Part shown: piece by piece, positions 40,471 through 50,502 of the stretch
How positions within the stretch are numbered: position 1 is the stretch's first letter
Layout: the number at the start of each line of letters is the position of its first letter
Assembly: GCA_037131775.1 (NCBI GenBank)
Contig: JBAXQK010000001.1
Coordinates: 76,708-140,707 of the forward strand
Length of the DNA stretch: 64,000 nucleotides
Reading direction: 5' to 3'
Origin: Candidatus Uhrbacteria bacterium
Lineage (GTDB): Bacteria > Patescibacteriota > Patescibacteriia > UBA9934 > GWF2-40-263
Position numbers and translations under genes: made by a program
The notes under the pieces: model-generated
The model's database searches: none
Seen by the model: the letters and a program-made list of their open reading frames with translations, nothing else
Told to the model about the DNA's origin: nothing

Positions 40471-41091
40471 TTAGCGAGAATAAAATTCAACGATGAGGGT
40501 CGGGTCGAAAATGGTCTTCAGGTCCTCTCCGGCCGGGAGCGATGTGACCTTTCCAATCAGTGTCGCGGAATCAACCGTCAGCCAGCGCGGGGCTTCTTTC
40601 TTCTGGACGCGCTCGTTCATTCCCACAAGCAGGCCCTTTGCCTTCTTGTTCTCCTTGAAGGTGATGACCTCTCCGACGTTTACGGAGTAAGACGGGATGT
40701 CCACGAGCTTGCCATTGATCATGATGAATCCGTGTCCGACCATCTGGCGGGCCTGGCGACGGGTCTTTCCGAAGCCGAGGCGGTAGATGACGTTGTCGAG
40801 ACGGCGCTCCAGGGTCTGGATCAGGTTGTCAGCCGTGTTCCCCTCCTTGGCCGTGGCGGCCTCGAAGTACTTGCGGAACTGGCGCTCCATGACGTTGTAC
40901 AGACGCTTGGCCTTCTGCTTCTCGCGAAGCTGAATGCCATACGAGGAGAGGCGAGGCTTTTTCATCGCCTGTGCCGGACCGTGGACGCCCGGGGGGAAAT
41001 TACGGCGCGTGAGCGCGCACTTTTCCTTGCCACAAAGCGAAACGCCCTCGCGTCGGCACATCTTGCAGGTTGTCATCAATGTCTTTCCCAT
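40471..41091 (-). CDS. rpsD: 30S ribosomal protein S4 (zinc-type)
   Basis: CKMCRREG, QLREKQK, LERRLDNV, IVEFYSR. Confidence 0.98.
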   Translation of the reverse strand: MGKTLMTTCKMCRREGVSLCGKEKCALTRRNFPPGVHGPAQAMKKPRLSSYGIQLREKQKAKRLYNVMERQFRKYFEAATAKEGNTADNLIQTLERRLDNVIYRLGFGKTRRQARQMVGHGFIMINGKLVDIPSYSVNVGEVITFKENKKAKGLLVGMNERVQKKEAPRWLTVDSATLIGKVTSLPAGEDLKTIFDPTLIVEFYSR

Positions 41092-41099
41092 AGCAGAGA

Positions 41100-41501
41100 T
41101 TAGACGCGACGCGCTTTGCGCGCTCGGCATCCGTTGTGTGGAAGCGGGGTAAGGTCCTTAATGCTGGTGATGCTGAATCCATTTGCGTTCAGCGCGCGGA
41201 CGGCCGAGTCGCGGCCGGATCCGACACCCGTGACGAACACCGCGACGTCGCGAAGTCCGCTCTCCTTCACCTTGTCCGCAATGGTCTTGATGATCATGCT
41301 CGCGGCGTACGGAGTGGCTTTCTTCGGACCGCGGAACCCACAGGCTCCCGCGCTCGACCAGGCGAGCGTGTTGCCGTTCAGGTCGGTCACGGTGACGATG
41401 GTGTTGTTGTAGGTCGCCTGGATGAACGCACATCCCGTGGAAACCTGACGCATCACCTTGGCCTTGGCTTTTTTGTTGGTGGAAACTTTTACGGTTGCCA
41501 T
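41100..41501 (-). CDS. rpsK: 30S ribosomal protein S11
   Basis: ATYNNTIV, KKATPYAA, TPLPHNGCR. Confidence 0.98.
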   Translation of the reverse strand: MATVKVSTNKKAKAKVMRQVSTGCAFIQATYNNTIVTVTDLNGNTLAWSSAGACGFRGPKKATPYAASMIIKTIADKVKESGLRDVAVFVTGVGSGRDSAVRALNANGFSITSIKDLTPLPHNGCRARKARRV

Positions 41502-41507
41502 AGGGGA

Positions 41508-41894
41508 TTATGTCTTGGTAAGTGCGCGACGTCCGGATCCCATCGTCTTGCGCACGTTGCCGCGCACGGTGCGGGAGTTGGTCTTGGTGCGCTGGCCGCG
41601 AACCGGCAGCTTGCGCATGTGGCGCGTGCCGCGGTAGCTGCCCGTGTCCTTCAGACGCTTGATGTTGGACATGATGTCGCGGCGAAGGTCTCCCTCAAGG
41701 CGATGGCTCTTCTCGAGCGCCTCGCGGATGAGGGTCACCTGCTCCTCGGTCATGTCCTTCACGCGAAGGGATGCGTCGAGACCGACCTGCTTCAGGATGG
41801 CAGCCGAGGTGGTATCGCCGACGCCGAACACGTAGGTGAGGGCGATGACGATGCGTTTGTTGTTGGGGAGTGTAACTCCAGCAATGCGAGCCAT
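41508..41894 (-). CDS. rpsM: 30S ribosomal protein S13
   Basis: [21 protein letters not shown]. Confidence 0.98.
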   Translation of the reverse strand: MARIAGVTLPNNKRIVIALTYVFGVGDTTSAAILKQVGLDASLRVKDMTEEQVTLIREALEKSHRLEGDLRRDIMSNIKRLKDTGSYRGTRHMRKLPVRGQRTKTNSRTVRGNVRKTMGSGRRALTKT

Positions 41895-41897
41895 ATA

Positions 41898-42011
41898 TTA
41901 TCCCTGGCGCTGCTTATGGCGCGGGTTCTTACAAATAACACGGACCCGACCTTCACGGCGGATCACCTTACAATCGCGGCAGATAGCTTTTGCGGAGGCG
42001 CGAACTTTCAT
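41898..42011 (-). CDS. rpmJ: 50S ribosomal protein L36 (absent from ORF track)
   Basis: hand translation [37 protein letters not shown]. Confidence 0.97.
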   Translation of the reverse strand: MKVRASAKAICRDCKVIRREGRVRVICKNPRHKQRQG

Positions 42012-42014
42012 AGA

Positions 42015-42239
42015 CTAGAAGCGATAAACTATTCTTCCTTTCGTAAGGTCGTAAGGACTCATTTCAATCTTCACGTCATCCCCAGGCAGAATGCGAATGC
42101 GGTTCATGCGCATCTTTCCGGACAGATGTCCCGTGATATACTGTCCATTTTCCAACTTGATTTTAAATTGGGCTCCAGGAAAAAGTTCTTCAACCTTTCC
42201 CCGCATCTCAATAAAATCTTTTGCCCCTTGTTCGCTCAT
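42015..42239 (-). CDS. infA: Translation initiation factor IF-1
   Basis: [30 protein letters not shown]. Confidence 0.98.
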   Translation of the reverse strand: MSEQGAKDFIEMRGKVEELFPGAQFKIKLENGQYITGHLSGKMRMNRIRILPGDDVKIEMSPYDLTKGRIVYRF

Positions 42240-42330
42240 AATCGTCAAGATTCTATCAGTTGAGCGAAAAAATGCAAGAGGGTGTGGATAGCTGAACGCG
42301 CCGGTATTGTACGTTTTTGTGGCATAGGTG

Positions 42331-44232
42331 TCAAGGGTTTGACGGTTGGTCGTCTAAGGTCGCCTTAATTCTTCGGATTCCCGCGGCAACCGCCTCCTCC
42401 TTTGCAATGCGGAAAGCGCCTAGTTCCTTAGTGTTTTCAACATGCGGACCGCCGCAGACCTCCCGCGAATAGTAGTCCCCCGTGGCCTCGTTTCCAATAA
42501 AGTACACCTTGATCTTTCCGCCGAGCGACGCGTACTTATCCTCAAATACGCCGATGGCTCCGCGCTTCTTGGCCTCGTCGAGCTCCAGGATTTCGAAATG
42601 GACCGGGAGGGCGAGCCGAATGTTCTCGTTGACGATGTCCTCGACCCGCTGGATCTGCTCCGGCGTCATCTTGTCCGGATGGGAGAAGTCGAACCGGGCT
42701 CGCTCCGCAGTGATGTTCGATCCGCGCTGGAACACATGGTCGCCGAGGACGGTCCGCAGCGCCTGGTGCAGCATGTGCGTCGCCGTGTGCAGCCGAACGA
42801 CCGCGGCCGAGTGATCGGCCAGCCCGCCCGCGAACTTCTGCTCGGATCCGGACCGTGACAGGTCCTGGTGCTTTTTGAATTCGCCCTGGAATACTTCGCG
42901 GTCCACAATCTGCCCCTTTTCCCGTGCCAGCTCTTCGGTCAGCTCCCAGGGAAAGCCGTAGGACTGATACAGATTGAACGCGTCCACGCCCGACACGGCG
43001 GACGAATTCACGAAGATCTTCTCGAATTCCCTCAGTCCCTTTTCAAGCGACGTCTTGAACTTAGCCTCTTCCTTCACGATCTCGGCGACGACAAGATCGC
43101 GTTTCCCTCCAAGCTCCGGATACGCGTCCTTGTACGTTTCGACGTACGCGGATACCACGGATCCGCAAAACGCGTCGTTCGCCCCGAGCTTATGCGCGAA
43201 CCGGATCGCGCGACGGACGAGGCGTCGAACGAAGTATCCCTGGTCCTTGTTGGACGGAACCACGCCGTCCGCGATAAGGAAGGTCGCGGCGCGCAAGTGG
43301 TCGAGTGCGACGCGAAACGCGTAGGTCTCGGCGCCATTCGCCCCGTACGTCTTCCCCGTGACCTTCTCAATCGAGGCGCGAGCCCCGTCGAACAGGCTGA
43401 TGCGAAAGATGTCCGGGTCGTCGCTCACTGCCATTGCCATGCGTTCCAATCCCCCGCCGAAATCAACGTTCCTCTTCGGCAGCTCGACGAACCCCGCGTC
43501 CGTCTTCACAAACTGCATGAACACGTTGTTTCCGATCTCCACGAAACGCCCGCAGTCGCAGTTCACGTGGCACGGCAGCTTCGCGAACTCCGACGCCTCG
43601 TGCAGCCCGCGCTCGATCCCGAAGTCCCAGAACATCTCCGTATCCGGCCCTCCCGGCTCGCCCACCGGCATCTTGTCGGGCGTTCCCGAGCGCGACCACC
43701 AGTTTTTCTTCTCCGGGTAAAAGAAGATGCGCCCGCCGTTCATCCCATACGAGTCGGAGTGGTCGATCGCCTTCGCCTCGACGCCGACCGACGCGAACGC
43801 CTCCTGCCAGTAGCCAACCGTCTCGTCGTCCTTCGGAATCCCGATCGCGTCGTTTCCGCGGAAGACGGTCACGTACAGGCGCTTCGGATCAATTCCAAGC
43901 TCCTTCGTCAGGAAGCCGAACATCCAGTCCACCTGATCCTTCTTGAAATAATCCCCGAGCGACCAGTTCCCGAGCATCTCGAAGAACGTCGTGTGGCGGT
44001 TGTCGCCCACCTCCTCGATGTCTCCCGACCGAAAGCACTTCTGCGAGTCGGCGATGCGCGTCCCTTCCGGGTGCGTCTCCCCGAGCAGATATGGGACCAT
44101 CGGCTGCATGCCGGATCCGGTAAACAGGGTGGTCGGGTCGTTCTCCGGAAGCAACGACGCGGACGAGACCACTTTGTGGCCGCGCGCGGCGAAATAGTCG
44201 AGATAGGCCTTGCGAATGTCGGATGCGTTCAT
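42331..44232 (-). CDS. alaS: Alanine--tRNA ligase (no C-Ala domain)
   Basis: [27 protein letters not shown], editing HTATH...CGGPHV; ends shortly after GIRRIKA. Confidence 0.97.
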   Translation of the reverse strand: MNASDIRKAYLDYFAARGHKVVSSASLLPENDPTTLFTGSGMQPMVPYLLGETHPEGTRIADSQKCFRSGDIEEVGDNRHTTFFEMLGNWSLGDYFKKDQVDWMFGFLTKELGIDPKRLYVTVFRGNDAIGIPKDDETVGYWQEAFASVGVEAKAIDHSDSYGMNGGRIFFYPEKKNWWSRSGTPDKMPVGEPGGPDTEMFWDFGIERGLHEASEFAKLPCHVNCDCGRFVEIGNNVFMQFVKTDAGFVELPKRNVDFGGGLERMAMAVSDDPDIFRISLFDGARASIEKVTGKTYGANGAETYAFRVALDHLRAATFLIADGVVPSNKDQGYFVRRLVRRAIRFAHKLGANDAFCGSVVSAYVETYKDAYPELGGKRDLVVAEIVKEEAKFKTSLEKGLREFEKIFVNSSAVSGVDAFNLYQSYGFPWELTEELAREKGQIVDREVFQGEFKKHQDLSRSGSEQKFAGGLADHSAAVVRLHTATHMLHQALRTVLGDHVFQRGSNITAERARFDFSHPDKMTPEQIQRVEDIVNENIRLALPVHFEILELDEAKKRGAIGVFEDKYASLGGKIKVYFIGNEATGDYYSREVCGGPHVENTKELGAFRIAKEEAVAAGIRRIKATLDDQPSNP

Positions 44233-44279
44233 AGTGCGCGTATTCTGCCCGTTTCTAAATGAATCGACAAGCTTAACCG

Positions 44280-45893
44280 TCAGGCTCCTTCCGTCGCGAT
44301 CGTTTCTTCCGGCTGAGCCTTCTTCAGAACGCGGCGTTTCAGACCGGCAAGCACGTCGACCAATTCCCTGCTCTTGAGCGCGTGGGAAATAGCGACGTAC
44401 ACGACCAGACCGGCGCCCCCCGCGACAAGTCCCTGGGTCAAAACCCCCATGAATGTCTCAAGCGGAATCACGCGAACGATGAGCGGCTTCAGGGACTGGA
44501 TCGTCACGGCGCATCCGATGCCGGCGGTTGCGGTAACGTAGAGCGACCGCAGGATAATGCTCTCATGAAGCGTTCCCATGCGCTGGCGGAGCGAGACCCA
44601 GAGCAGCACCACGTCCGCGAACGCGCCGATCGTGAATCCCATCGCCATGCCGGTGACGCCGAACTCCCGAGCGAAGTACAGTCCGCTGACGAACGAGAGG
44701 ACGGTGGAGACGACCGCCATCGTAAGCGGCGTGGCCGTGTCGCGAATCGCGTAGAAAGCGCGCGCCAGGATCAGGGCCACGCACTGCGGGGCGAACCCGA
44801 GCGTGAAGAACGCAAGCGTGTCGGCAACGCGGATCGTGTCCCCCCAGCCGAACAGCCCGGCGCCGGCAACCACGCGGACGATCTGAGCGCGGAGGATGAG
44901 GAAGACGAGCATGAGCGGCACGGAAAGAAAGAGCACGTGACGGACGGCGTGATCGAAGGAATCCAGAAAGCGTCTCGTATCGCGCGCCTCGATTGCCTCC
45001 GCCATCGCCGGGAACGACGCGATCGCATAGGAGACGCCGACGATGCCGACGACGAAGAACTGGATGTTATATGCCACCTGGAAGACGGTCACGCTTCCCG
45101 CCGCAAGCGTCGTGGCAAGGACGGTCAGAATCACGAAGTCGATTTGGTTCACGGCGACTCCGAGCATGCGCGGCCCGGTCAGCCTGGCCAGGTCGCGGAG
45201 ATCCGGATCCTTCCGAGACAAAAGCGGCTTGTACCGGTATCCCGCGTCGAGTACTCCGTAAAGCTGCACGAGAAAATGAAGAAAGGCGCCGATGACCACG
45301 CCCCAGGCGAGCCCGATGGGTCCGAGGAGCGGGGTAAGCCAGAGCGCGCCCGCGATGATTCCGACGTTATAGAAGATCGGCGCGAGCGAGAATAACAGGA
45401 AGCGCTTTGTTCCCTGAAGGATGCTGCCGTATACGACGGAGAGCGCGAGGATGAACTGAGCGAGCACCATGACGCGCGTGTTGTCAGCGACGGCTCCCCG
45501 CTGGACTGCGTCGAACCCCGGGGCCATCAGCTCCGACAGCGGGCCGGCAAACACGAACAGAAATACGCACGCGACCGCCATGATCGCGGCAATCGCGTTC
45601 AACGCGTTGTTTGCAAACTCCCAGGCGCGCTTCTTCTGAAGCGGGTTGCTCCAATACCGCGTAAAGATGGGAATAAACCCGGCGGAAAGCGAGCCGACCA
45701 CAAGGAGGCTGAACACCAGGTCCGGCAGCTTGAACGCGGCATAATACGCGTCGAGCGTGGCTCCCGCGCCAAAATGACCGAGAAGGATACGATCGCGAAT
45801 CAGCCCGATGATTCGGCTTGCGAACGAGAGGGCTCCAACGATCGCGGCCGCGCCGACCACGGACTTGGACTCTGTGTTGAGAAACTTAAGCAC
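44280..45893 (-). CDS. murJ: Lipid II flippase MurJ
   Basis: SRIIGLIRD, DAYYAAFKLPD, ARAFYAIRDTATP. Confidence 0.95.
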   Translation of the reverse strand: MLKFLNTESKSVVGAAAIVGALSFASRIIGLIRDRILLGHFGAGATLDAYYAAFKLPDLVFSLLVVGSLSAGFIPIFTRYWSNPLQKKRAWEFANNALNAIAAIMAVACVFLFVFAGPLSELMAPGFDAVQRGAVADNTRVMVLAQFILALSVVYGSILQGTKRFLLFSLAPIFYNVGIIAGALWLTPLLGPIGLAWGVVIGAFLHFLVQLYGVLDAGYRYKPLLSRKDPDLRDLARLTGPRMLGVAVNQIDFVILTVLATTLAAGSVTVFQVAYNIQFFVVGIVGVSYAIASFPAMAEAIEARDTRRFLDSFDHAVRHVLFLSVPLMLVFLILRAQIVRVVAGAGLFGWGDTIRVADTLAFFTLGFAPQCVALILARAFYAIRDTATPLTMAVVSTVLSFVSGLYFAREFGVTGMAMGFTIGAFADVVLLWVSLRQRMGTLHESIILRSLYVTATAGIGCAVTIQSLKPLIVRVIPLETFMGVLTQGLVAGGAGLVVYVAISHALKSRELVDVLAGLKRRVLKKAQPEETIATEGA

Positions 45894-45896
45894 AGA

Positions 45897-47258
45897 TTAT
45901 TCGTCGAGGTTTCGAACGCTCACCCGCTTTGCCTTCGGACGGTCGAGTGCCTCGTCGTCCTCCCCGACGGTATTCTCATGAACGATTCCATGCGTCCCCG
46001 ACGGCATCGACGATACGGCCCTCGCGACAAGCTTCGACAGGCGCGACAGGCGCAAGACCATCCCAACCCCGATCAGCAACAGGAACGAGAGGAACGCGAT
46101 GATCACCTCCACCACCGTGTTTTGGATCGTCCAAAACGGAACGTGCGCGACGATCGAATCGGACGACGTGACGCCGGAAGGATCGATGACCGTAAAAGCG
46201 ACCGTAAATTCGCCGCTTGTGGTATAGGTGTGCTGAACCTCCGACCGGGACGACGTAACGCCGTCGCCAAAATCCCACTGGTACTGGTAACCGTCTGCCT
46301 CCGGAACGATCGCCTTGAAGGAATAGGCGTTCCAGGCCGTACGGGTCGTCAGGAAGATCGCCTTCGGGGAGATTTGCGTCCCGGCGGTCGTCGGCTCCGG
46401 AATGGACGTCGGGACAAGCTCAGCGACGGGAACGGTTTCCGCCTGCGCTTCCGTTGACGTCGAGGCGGACGCGGGATCCGTCGACGATGGCGTCGCAACG
46501 TCTGTCTTTCCGACAGGCGTCGTGACGGCAGGATTCGTCGTCGCGACCGGCTTCGGGGCGGTCGTCGTGACGGCCGGAGAAGCTTCCGGTAGCGGCGCGG
46601 CCGCAGGCGCGGCGACAACGACCGGCTCGACCTTCGAGCGCGTCTTGTCCGTCGGGTACGCGTCCTTCGCGTCCGAGACCCCGTCCTTGTCGGTGTCCGC
46701 CACGAGCGGATTGGACCCGTTTTCCTTCTCGACGTCGTCCGTCACGCCGTCGTTGTCGTCATCGTCGTCGCACGCGTTTCCGAGCCCGTCGCCGTCCGTG
46801 TCCAGCTGGCTGGCATTTTTCGTCGAAACGCAGTTGTCCTTTGAATCCGCGACCCCGTCGCCGTCCTGGTCCGGAACGGGCGTCGTCAGCTTCGTCATCG
46901 CCTCGTCGTTCGAAGCGTTCGTGTCCGTCGGTTCCGTTCCGCCGATGATCGCGCGAACATTGAACGCCGTATTGGGAACGACGAAATCGACGTACACCTC
47001 TTCCGGCGAGCCGTCGGCCCGGACGGAAATGACCTGGGACTGTCCGATCGCCCCGGTTCCCTGATAAAAAGTGACGTACCCATCCACGTCCACGTCTCCG
47101 ACGTTTTTGACCTGGGCGTAGACGCGCACGGTACTCCCGGCAATCAGGTCGCCGGAAAAGCTGATCGACGACTGGTCGATCGAAAGATCCGCGGACGACG
47201 ACGCGAATGCCGTCGACGCGGAGAAAAGTAATTGAAAAATGGAAAGAAGAAACATCAT
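45897..47258 (-). CDS. Surface protein with CARDB-like Ig domain, TSP3-like Ca-binding repeats, Pro/Thr linker, PKD domain and TM anchor
   Basis: [14 protein letters not shown]...[21 protein letters not shown]-terminal TM. Confidence 0.85.
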   Translation of the reverse strand: MMFLLSIFQLLFSASTAFASSSADLSIDQSSISFSGDLIAGSTVRVYAQVKNVGDVDVDGYVTFYQGTGAIGQSQVISVRADGSPEEVYVDFVVPNTAFNVRAIIGGTEPTDTNASNDEAMTKLTTPVPDQDGDGVADSKDNCVSTKNASQLDTDGDGLGNACDDDDDNDGVTDDVEKENGSNPLVADTDKDGVSDAKDAYPTDKTRSKVEPVVVAAPAAAPLPEASPAVTTTAPKPVATTNPAVTTPVGKTDVATPSSTDPASASTSTEAQAETVPVAELVPTSIPEPTTAGTQISPKAIFLTTRTAWNAYSFKAIVPEADGYQYQWDFGDGVTSSRSEVQHTYTTSGEFTVAFTVIDPSGVTSSDSIVAHVPFWTIQNTVVEVIIAFLSFLLLIGVGMVLRLSRLSKLVARAVSSMPSGTHGIVHENTVGEDDEALDRPKAKRVSVRNLDE

Positions 47259-47824
47259 AGAAGCACGACTTCGTCGCCGTTTTCAACCCAAAACTCACTC
47301 GCCTCGTCATGCGTCAGGTGCAGCGCGAGCGCAAACGTCGGGTGGACGCGAACGCTCACGAGTTCGATCCTGGTCTCCGGATGGCCGACGGGAACGACCG
47401 TCACCAGCTGGTGTTGCTCGACGCCAAGCTTCGCCGCGTCGCGCTCGTTGCAATGCAGGTGGCGTGCCGGGATAATGACGCCTGACTTCACCGCGACGGA
47501 CCCCTCCGGCCCCACGAGCTCGCAGGACCCCGTTCGGCTCAGGTCGCCCGAAAGACGAACCGGCGCGTCAATCCCAAGCGCGAACGCCTCGGTCGGCGAC
47601 AATTCTACCTGCGTCGCGTCGCGTTCCGGCCCAAGAACGCGCACCTCTTCCAACTCGACGTCGTTTGCCCCGATGACGCGTACGGTCTGATCCGAAGAAA
47701 ACTGCCCGCGATGGGCCAAATCAGAGCGTTTCGTCAGTTTTTCGGATCCAAAAAGTGCTTCCCTGTCCGCAACGGACAGGTGAACGTGACGGTATTGCAC
47801 GTGGACGGGAATGACGGTTTTCAT
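47255..47824 (-). CDS. pduL: PduL-type phosphate acyltransferase
   Basis: [43 protein letters not shown]. Confidence 0.88.
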   Translation of the reverse strand: MKTVIPVHVQYRHVHLSVADREALFGSEKLTKRSDLAHRGQFSSDQTVRVIGANDVELEEVRVLGPERDATQVELSPTEAFALGIDAPVRLSGDLSRTGSCELVGPEGSVAVKSGVIIPARHLHCNERDAAKLGVEQHQLVTVVPVGHPETRIELVSVRVHPTFALALHLTHDEASEFWVENGDEVVLL

Positions 47825-48546
47825 GCGATATGCTTTTTTTCGCGCTTCTTCGCGTGTCCGAACGTGTACTTGAACTTGTCGTGACGGATCGGGCCGAGCA
47901 TCGCCAGATGCATTTCCGCGAGGGTATATTTGATGGCGATGTTAATGCGCCCGTCGCGGTCGAGACGACGGATCGAGACCGGGATCTTCGTCGAGCGCAG
48001 AAACCCGAACGAGCCGATCTTTGCCGCGCGGCCCGCGTACTCGTGGTCCTCGCAGAACGTGATGCTCTCGTCGAACCCGTTGATCTTGTCGTGCGTGTCC
48101 TTCCGGACGAACATGCAGAATCCCGGTGCGTGCGGAAACACGTCGCCCCACGCCCGAACATACACATTGTACGCCTTGTGAATCACATGGTCGATCCACT
48201 GGTCGGACAGAGGAAACACGTCCACCGTGGCGATGTCGAACTTCTTTTCCAGCATCTCCCCCACCGACCGCTCCAAAAACTGGGGGTCGCGCAGTTCCAC
48301 GTCCGCGTCAAGAAACAACAGGATGTCCGTCTTCGCCGCCGACGCCCCGCGATTGCGCCCCGGCCCAGGCATTCCGCCCTCGACGACACGACAGCCGAAC
48401 GATTCGGCGATCTCTCGCGTTCGATCTTTCGATCCGGCATCCGCGACGATAATCTCCTTCGGCTGCATGGTCTGCCGTCGGATCGATTCCAACAGCCGAG
48501 GCAGGCTTGCCTCCTCATCCTTTGTCGGAATGACAATCGTGAGCAT
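47821..48546 (-). CDS. Glycosyltransferase family 2
   Basis: IVIPTKDEE, DAGSKD, GRNRGA, FLDADV, CEDHEY. Confidence 0.9.
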   Translation of the reverse strand: MLTIVIPTKDEEASLPRLLESIRRQTMQPKEIIVADAGSKDRTREIAESFGCRVVEGGMPGPGRNRGASAAKTDILLFLDADVELRDPQFLERSVGEMLEKKFDIATVDVFPLSDQWIDHVIHKAYNVYVRAWGDVFPHAPGFCMFVRKDTHDKINGFDESITFCEDHEYAGRAAKIGSFGFLRSTKIPVSIRRLDRDGRINIAIKYTLAEMHLAMLGPIRHDKFKYTFGHAKKREKKHIA

Positions 48547-48551
48547 AACGT

Positions 48552-48998
48552 TTATATTTTACCTGATCCTGTCGATAACACAAACAACGCGATTCCGGTC
48601 GCGACGGCGACGTTCAAGGAGCGCTTGCGTCCCGGCATCAGAATCTCGACCGTCGTGTCACAGAGCGCGAGCACGGACGGTTCGACCCCCTCGACCTCGT
48701 TCCCAAGCAGCAGGGCAACCTTCCCGTCCATCGGCCCGATCGGCACCGCACCGGGCCTGTTGTCGAGCGCGACGACTCGATACCCTTCCCCCTTGAGCCC
48801 CTTGATCACCTCGACAACCTCGCCATCCCTCCAGGGCACCCGGTCCTCCGCCCCGAGCGCCACCTTCGCGATCTCCGGCCGTGGCGGAGTTCCCGTGATT
48901 CCGGTAAGGTATACGCGTTCCACCGCAAAGCAGTCCGCAGATCGAAAGATCGCGCCGACGTTGTGGAGACTTCGAATGTTGTGAGCAATAATGACCAT
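48552..48998 (-). CDS. SpoU/TrmH family RNA methyltransferase
   Basis: NIRSLHNVGAIFRSAD, LGNEVEG, SLNVAVA. Confidence 0.93.
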   Translation of the reverse strand: MVIIAHNIRSLHNVGAIFRSADCFAVERVYLTGITGTPPRPEIAKVALGAEDRVPWRDGEVVEVIKGLKGEGYRVVALDNRPGAVPIGPMDGKVALLLGNEVEGVEPSVLALCDTTVEILMPGRKRSLNVAVATGIALFVLSTGSGKI

Positions 48999-49000
48999 AT

Positions 49001-50392
49001 ATGAAGCTTCTCCAGCCCATCTCAGGCACCGTCGACCGGCTTGCGCCGGACGGCAGCGGCGTGATCAATCGTCCCGAGGGCAAACCTTTTTTGATTTATA
49101 ACGTGATTCCGGGCGAGGAGGTGACCGCGACGGTCGTGAAGCGCGGGCCGGACGGCGTACGGGCGAAGCTCGACTCGATCGTCGTCGCGTCGCCGGACCG
49201 CGTCGCGCCGCGCTGCCCGTACGCCGGAACGTGCGGGGGGTGCAAGTGGCAACACATGGATTATACACGACAGCGGCAGGAGAAGCTCAATCGGCTGCGG
49301 TCGACCTTCGCGGAGGCGGCGACTGAGTGTCCCGTCGAGTCCGTCGTCGCAAGCCCCGACCAGTTCTACTATCGCAACCGCATGGATTTCACCTTCGGGC
49401 GCGACGGCGAACTTGGCTTGAAGATGCCGGACAAATGGTGGGCCGCGCTCAACCTGGAGACATGCTACCTGCTCTCCCCCGAATCCGTAGAAATCGTCAA
49501 CGCCGTCCGCGAGTGGGCACGATCGACGGGATTGCCCTTCTGGGACGGAAAGACGCACGCGGGATTCTTTCGGTATCTCGTGATCCGCGAAGGAAAGTTT
49601 ACGGGCGAGCGCATGGTCACGCTCGTGACGACCGACCCAACGGGACTAAAGTCCCTGGGAATCGATGGAATTCCCAGGGACTTTAGTCCCGCGGGTTTCG
49701 TCGCCGCGATCGGCGACCGCGCGACCTCGATCATCCACGGCATCAACGACGGAATCACCGACCTCTCGATCTCCGACGTTCTCGTCCCGCTCAAAGGCGA
49801 CCCGTTCATTCACGAGGAGATCAACGGCGTCCGGTTCAAGATCACGCCGAACGCATTCTTCCAGACCAACTCTGCCATGGCCGCGAAACTCCAGGACGAG
49901 GTCGTCCGTCACTGCGAGGCTGCCGTCACGGGCAAGACGAACGCGACCGTCCTCGACCTTTACTGCGGATCCGGATTCTTCTCCCTCGCCCTCGCAAAAC
50001 GGTCGCCAACGATGAACGTCGTTGGAATCGAGGAAAACGCCGAGGCGATCGCCTGCGCCAAAGAGAACGTCGCGACGAACGGCGTCTCGGCCGAATACTT
50101 CGTCTCCAAGGCCGAGGAGTTCGACTGGAAGAGCTACGCCCCCGACGTCGTCATCGTCGACCCGCCGCGCGCCGGAATGCACCCGAAGGTCATCGAGACC
50201 CTTCTTGAGGCCGCGCCCCCGACGATTATCTATATCTCCTGTAAATACGAGCGTTTCCTCATGGAATGGAACGGAACCGCCAACAGCGCCCCGGCGCTTT
50301 CGACCAAATACCGCCTCGCCGACGCGGCCGCCCTCGACCTCTTCCCGCACACCCCGCACATCGAGTTCGTCGCGCGGCTCGAGCTACGTTAG
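49001..50392 (+). CDS. RlmD/TrmA-family RNA (uracil-5)-methyltransferase
   Basis: TRAM-like N-terminus, CPYAGTCGGC Fe-S motif, AFFQTN, LDLYCGSG, VDPPRAG, DLFPHTPHIE. Confidence 0.92.
   Translation: MKLLQPISGTVDRLAPDGSGVINRPEGKPFLIYNVIPGEEVTATVVKRGPDGVRAKLDSIVVASPDRVAPRCPYAGTCGGCKWQHMDYTRQRQEKLNRLRSTFAEAATECPVESVVASPDQFYYRNRMDFTFGRDGELGLKMPDKWWAALNLETCYLLSPESVEIVNAVREWARSTGLPFWDGKTHAGFFRYLVIREGKFTGERMVTLVTTDPTGLKSLGIDGIPRDFSPAGFVAAIGDRATSIIHGINDGITDLSISDVLVPLKGDPFIHEEINGVRFKITPNAFFQTNSAMAAKLQDEVVRHCEAAVTGKTNATVLDLYCGSGFFSLALAKRSPTMNVVGIEENAEAIACAKENVATNGVSAEYFVSKAEEFDWKSYAPDVVIVDPPRAGMHPKVIETLLEAAPPTIIYISCKYERFLMEWNGTANSAPALSTKYRLADAAALDLFPHTPHIEFVARLELR
49641..49691. repeat. REPIN-like perfect 22-bp inverted pair, in frame in the RlmD-like gene
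   Basis: CGGGACTAAAGTCCCTGGGAAT-cgatgga-ATTCCCAGGGACTTTAGTCCCG; encodes TGLKSLGIDGIPRDFSP. Confidence 0.93.
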
Positions 50393-50460
50393 GCTTAAGG
50401 CATAAGGCCAAAAGGCGCAAGGTTTTCCCTTAGGCCTTCTGCCTTTCAGCCCTCTGCCCC
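50390..50460. repeat. Mirrored ~7-mer array (AAGGCNN / CCTTNNG)
   Basis: TAGGCTT AAGGCAT AAGGCCA AAAGGCG CAAGG ttttc CCTTAGG CCTTCTG CCTTTCAG CCCTCTG, starting at the stop codon. Confidence 0.8.
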
Positions 50461-50467
50461 TTGATCG

Positions 50468-50496
50468 TTGACGGTTTAGGATTTTCCTGATATTCT
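50468..50496 (+). promoter_or_regulatory. sigma70-type promoter of era (near-leaderless)
   Basis: TTGACG-N17-TATTCT, 6 nt before the ATG. Confidence 0.7.
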
Positions 50497-50502
50497 CCCG
50501 CC

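Noticed and set aside
42331-44232. alaS as a truncated pseudogene
   Set aside because: Aminoacylation and editing motifs are intact and the ORF ends cleanly after the editing domain, consistent with a naturally short AlaRS.
46680-46870. Repetitive GAC/GGC-rich DNA
   Set aside because: Explained by DxDxDG calcium-binding protein repeats.
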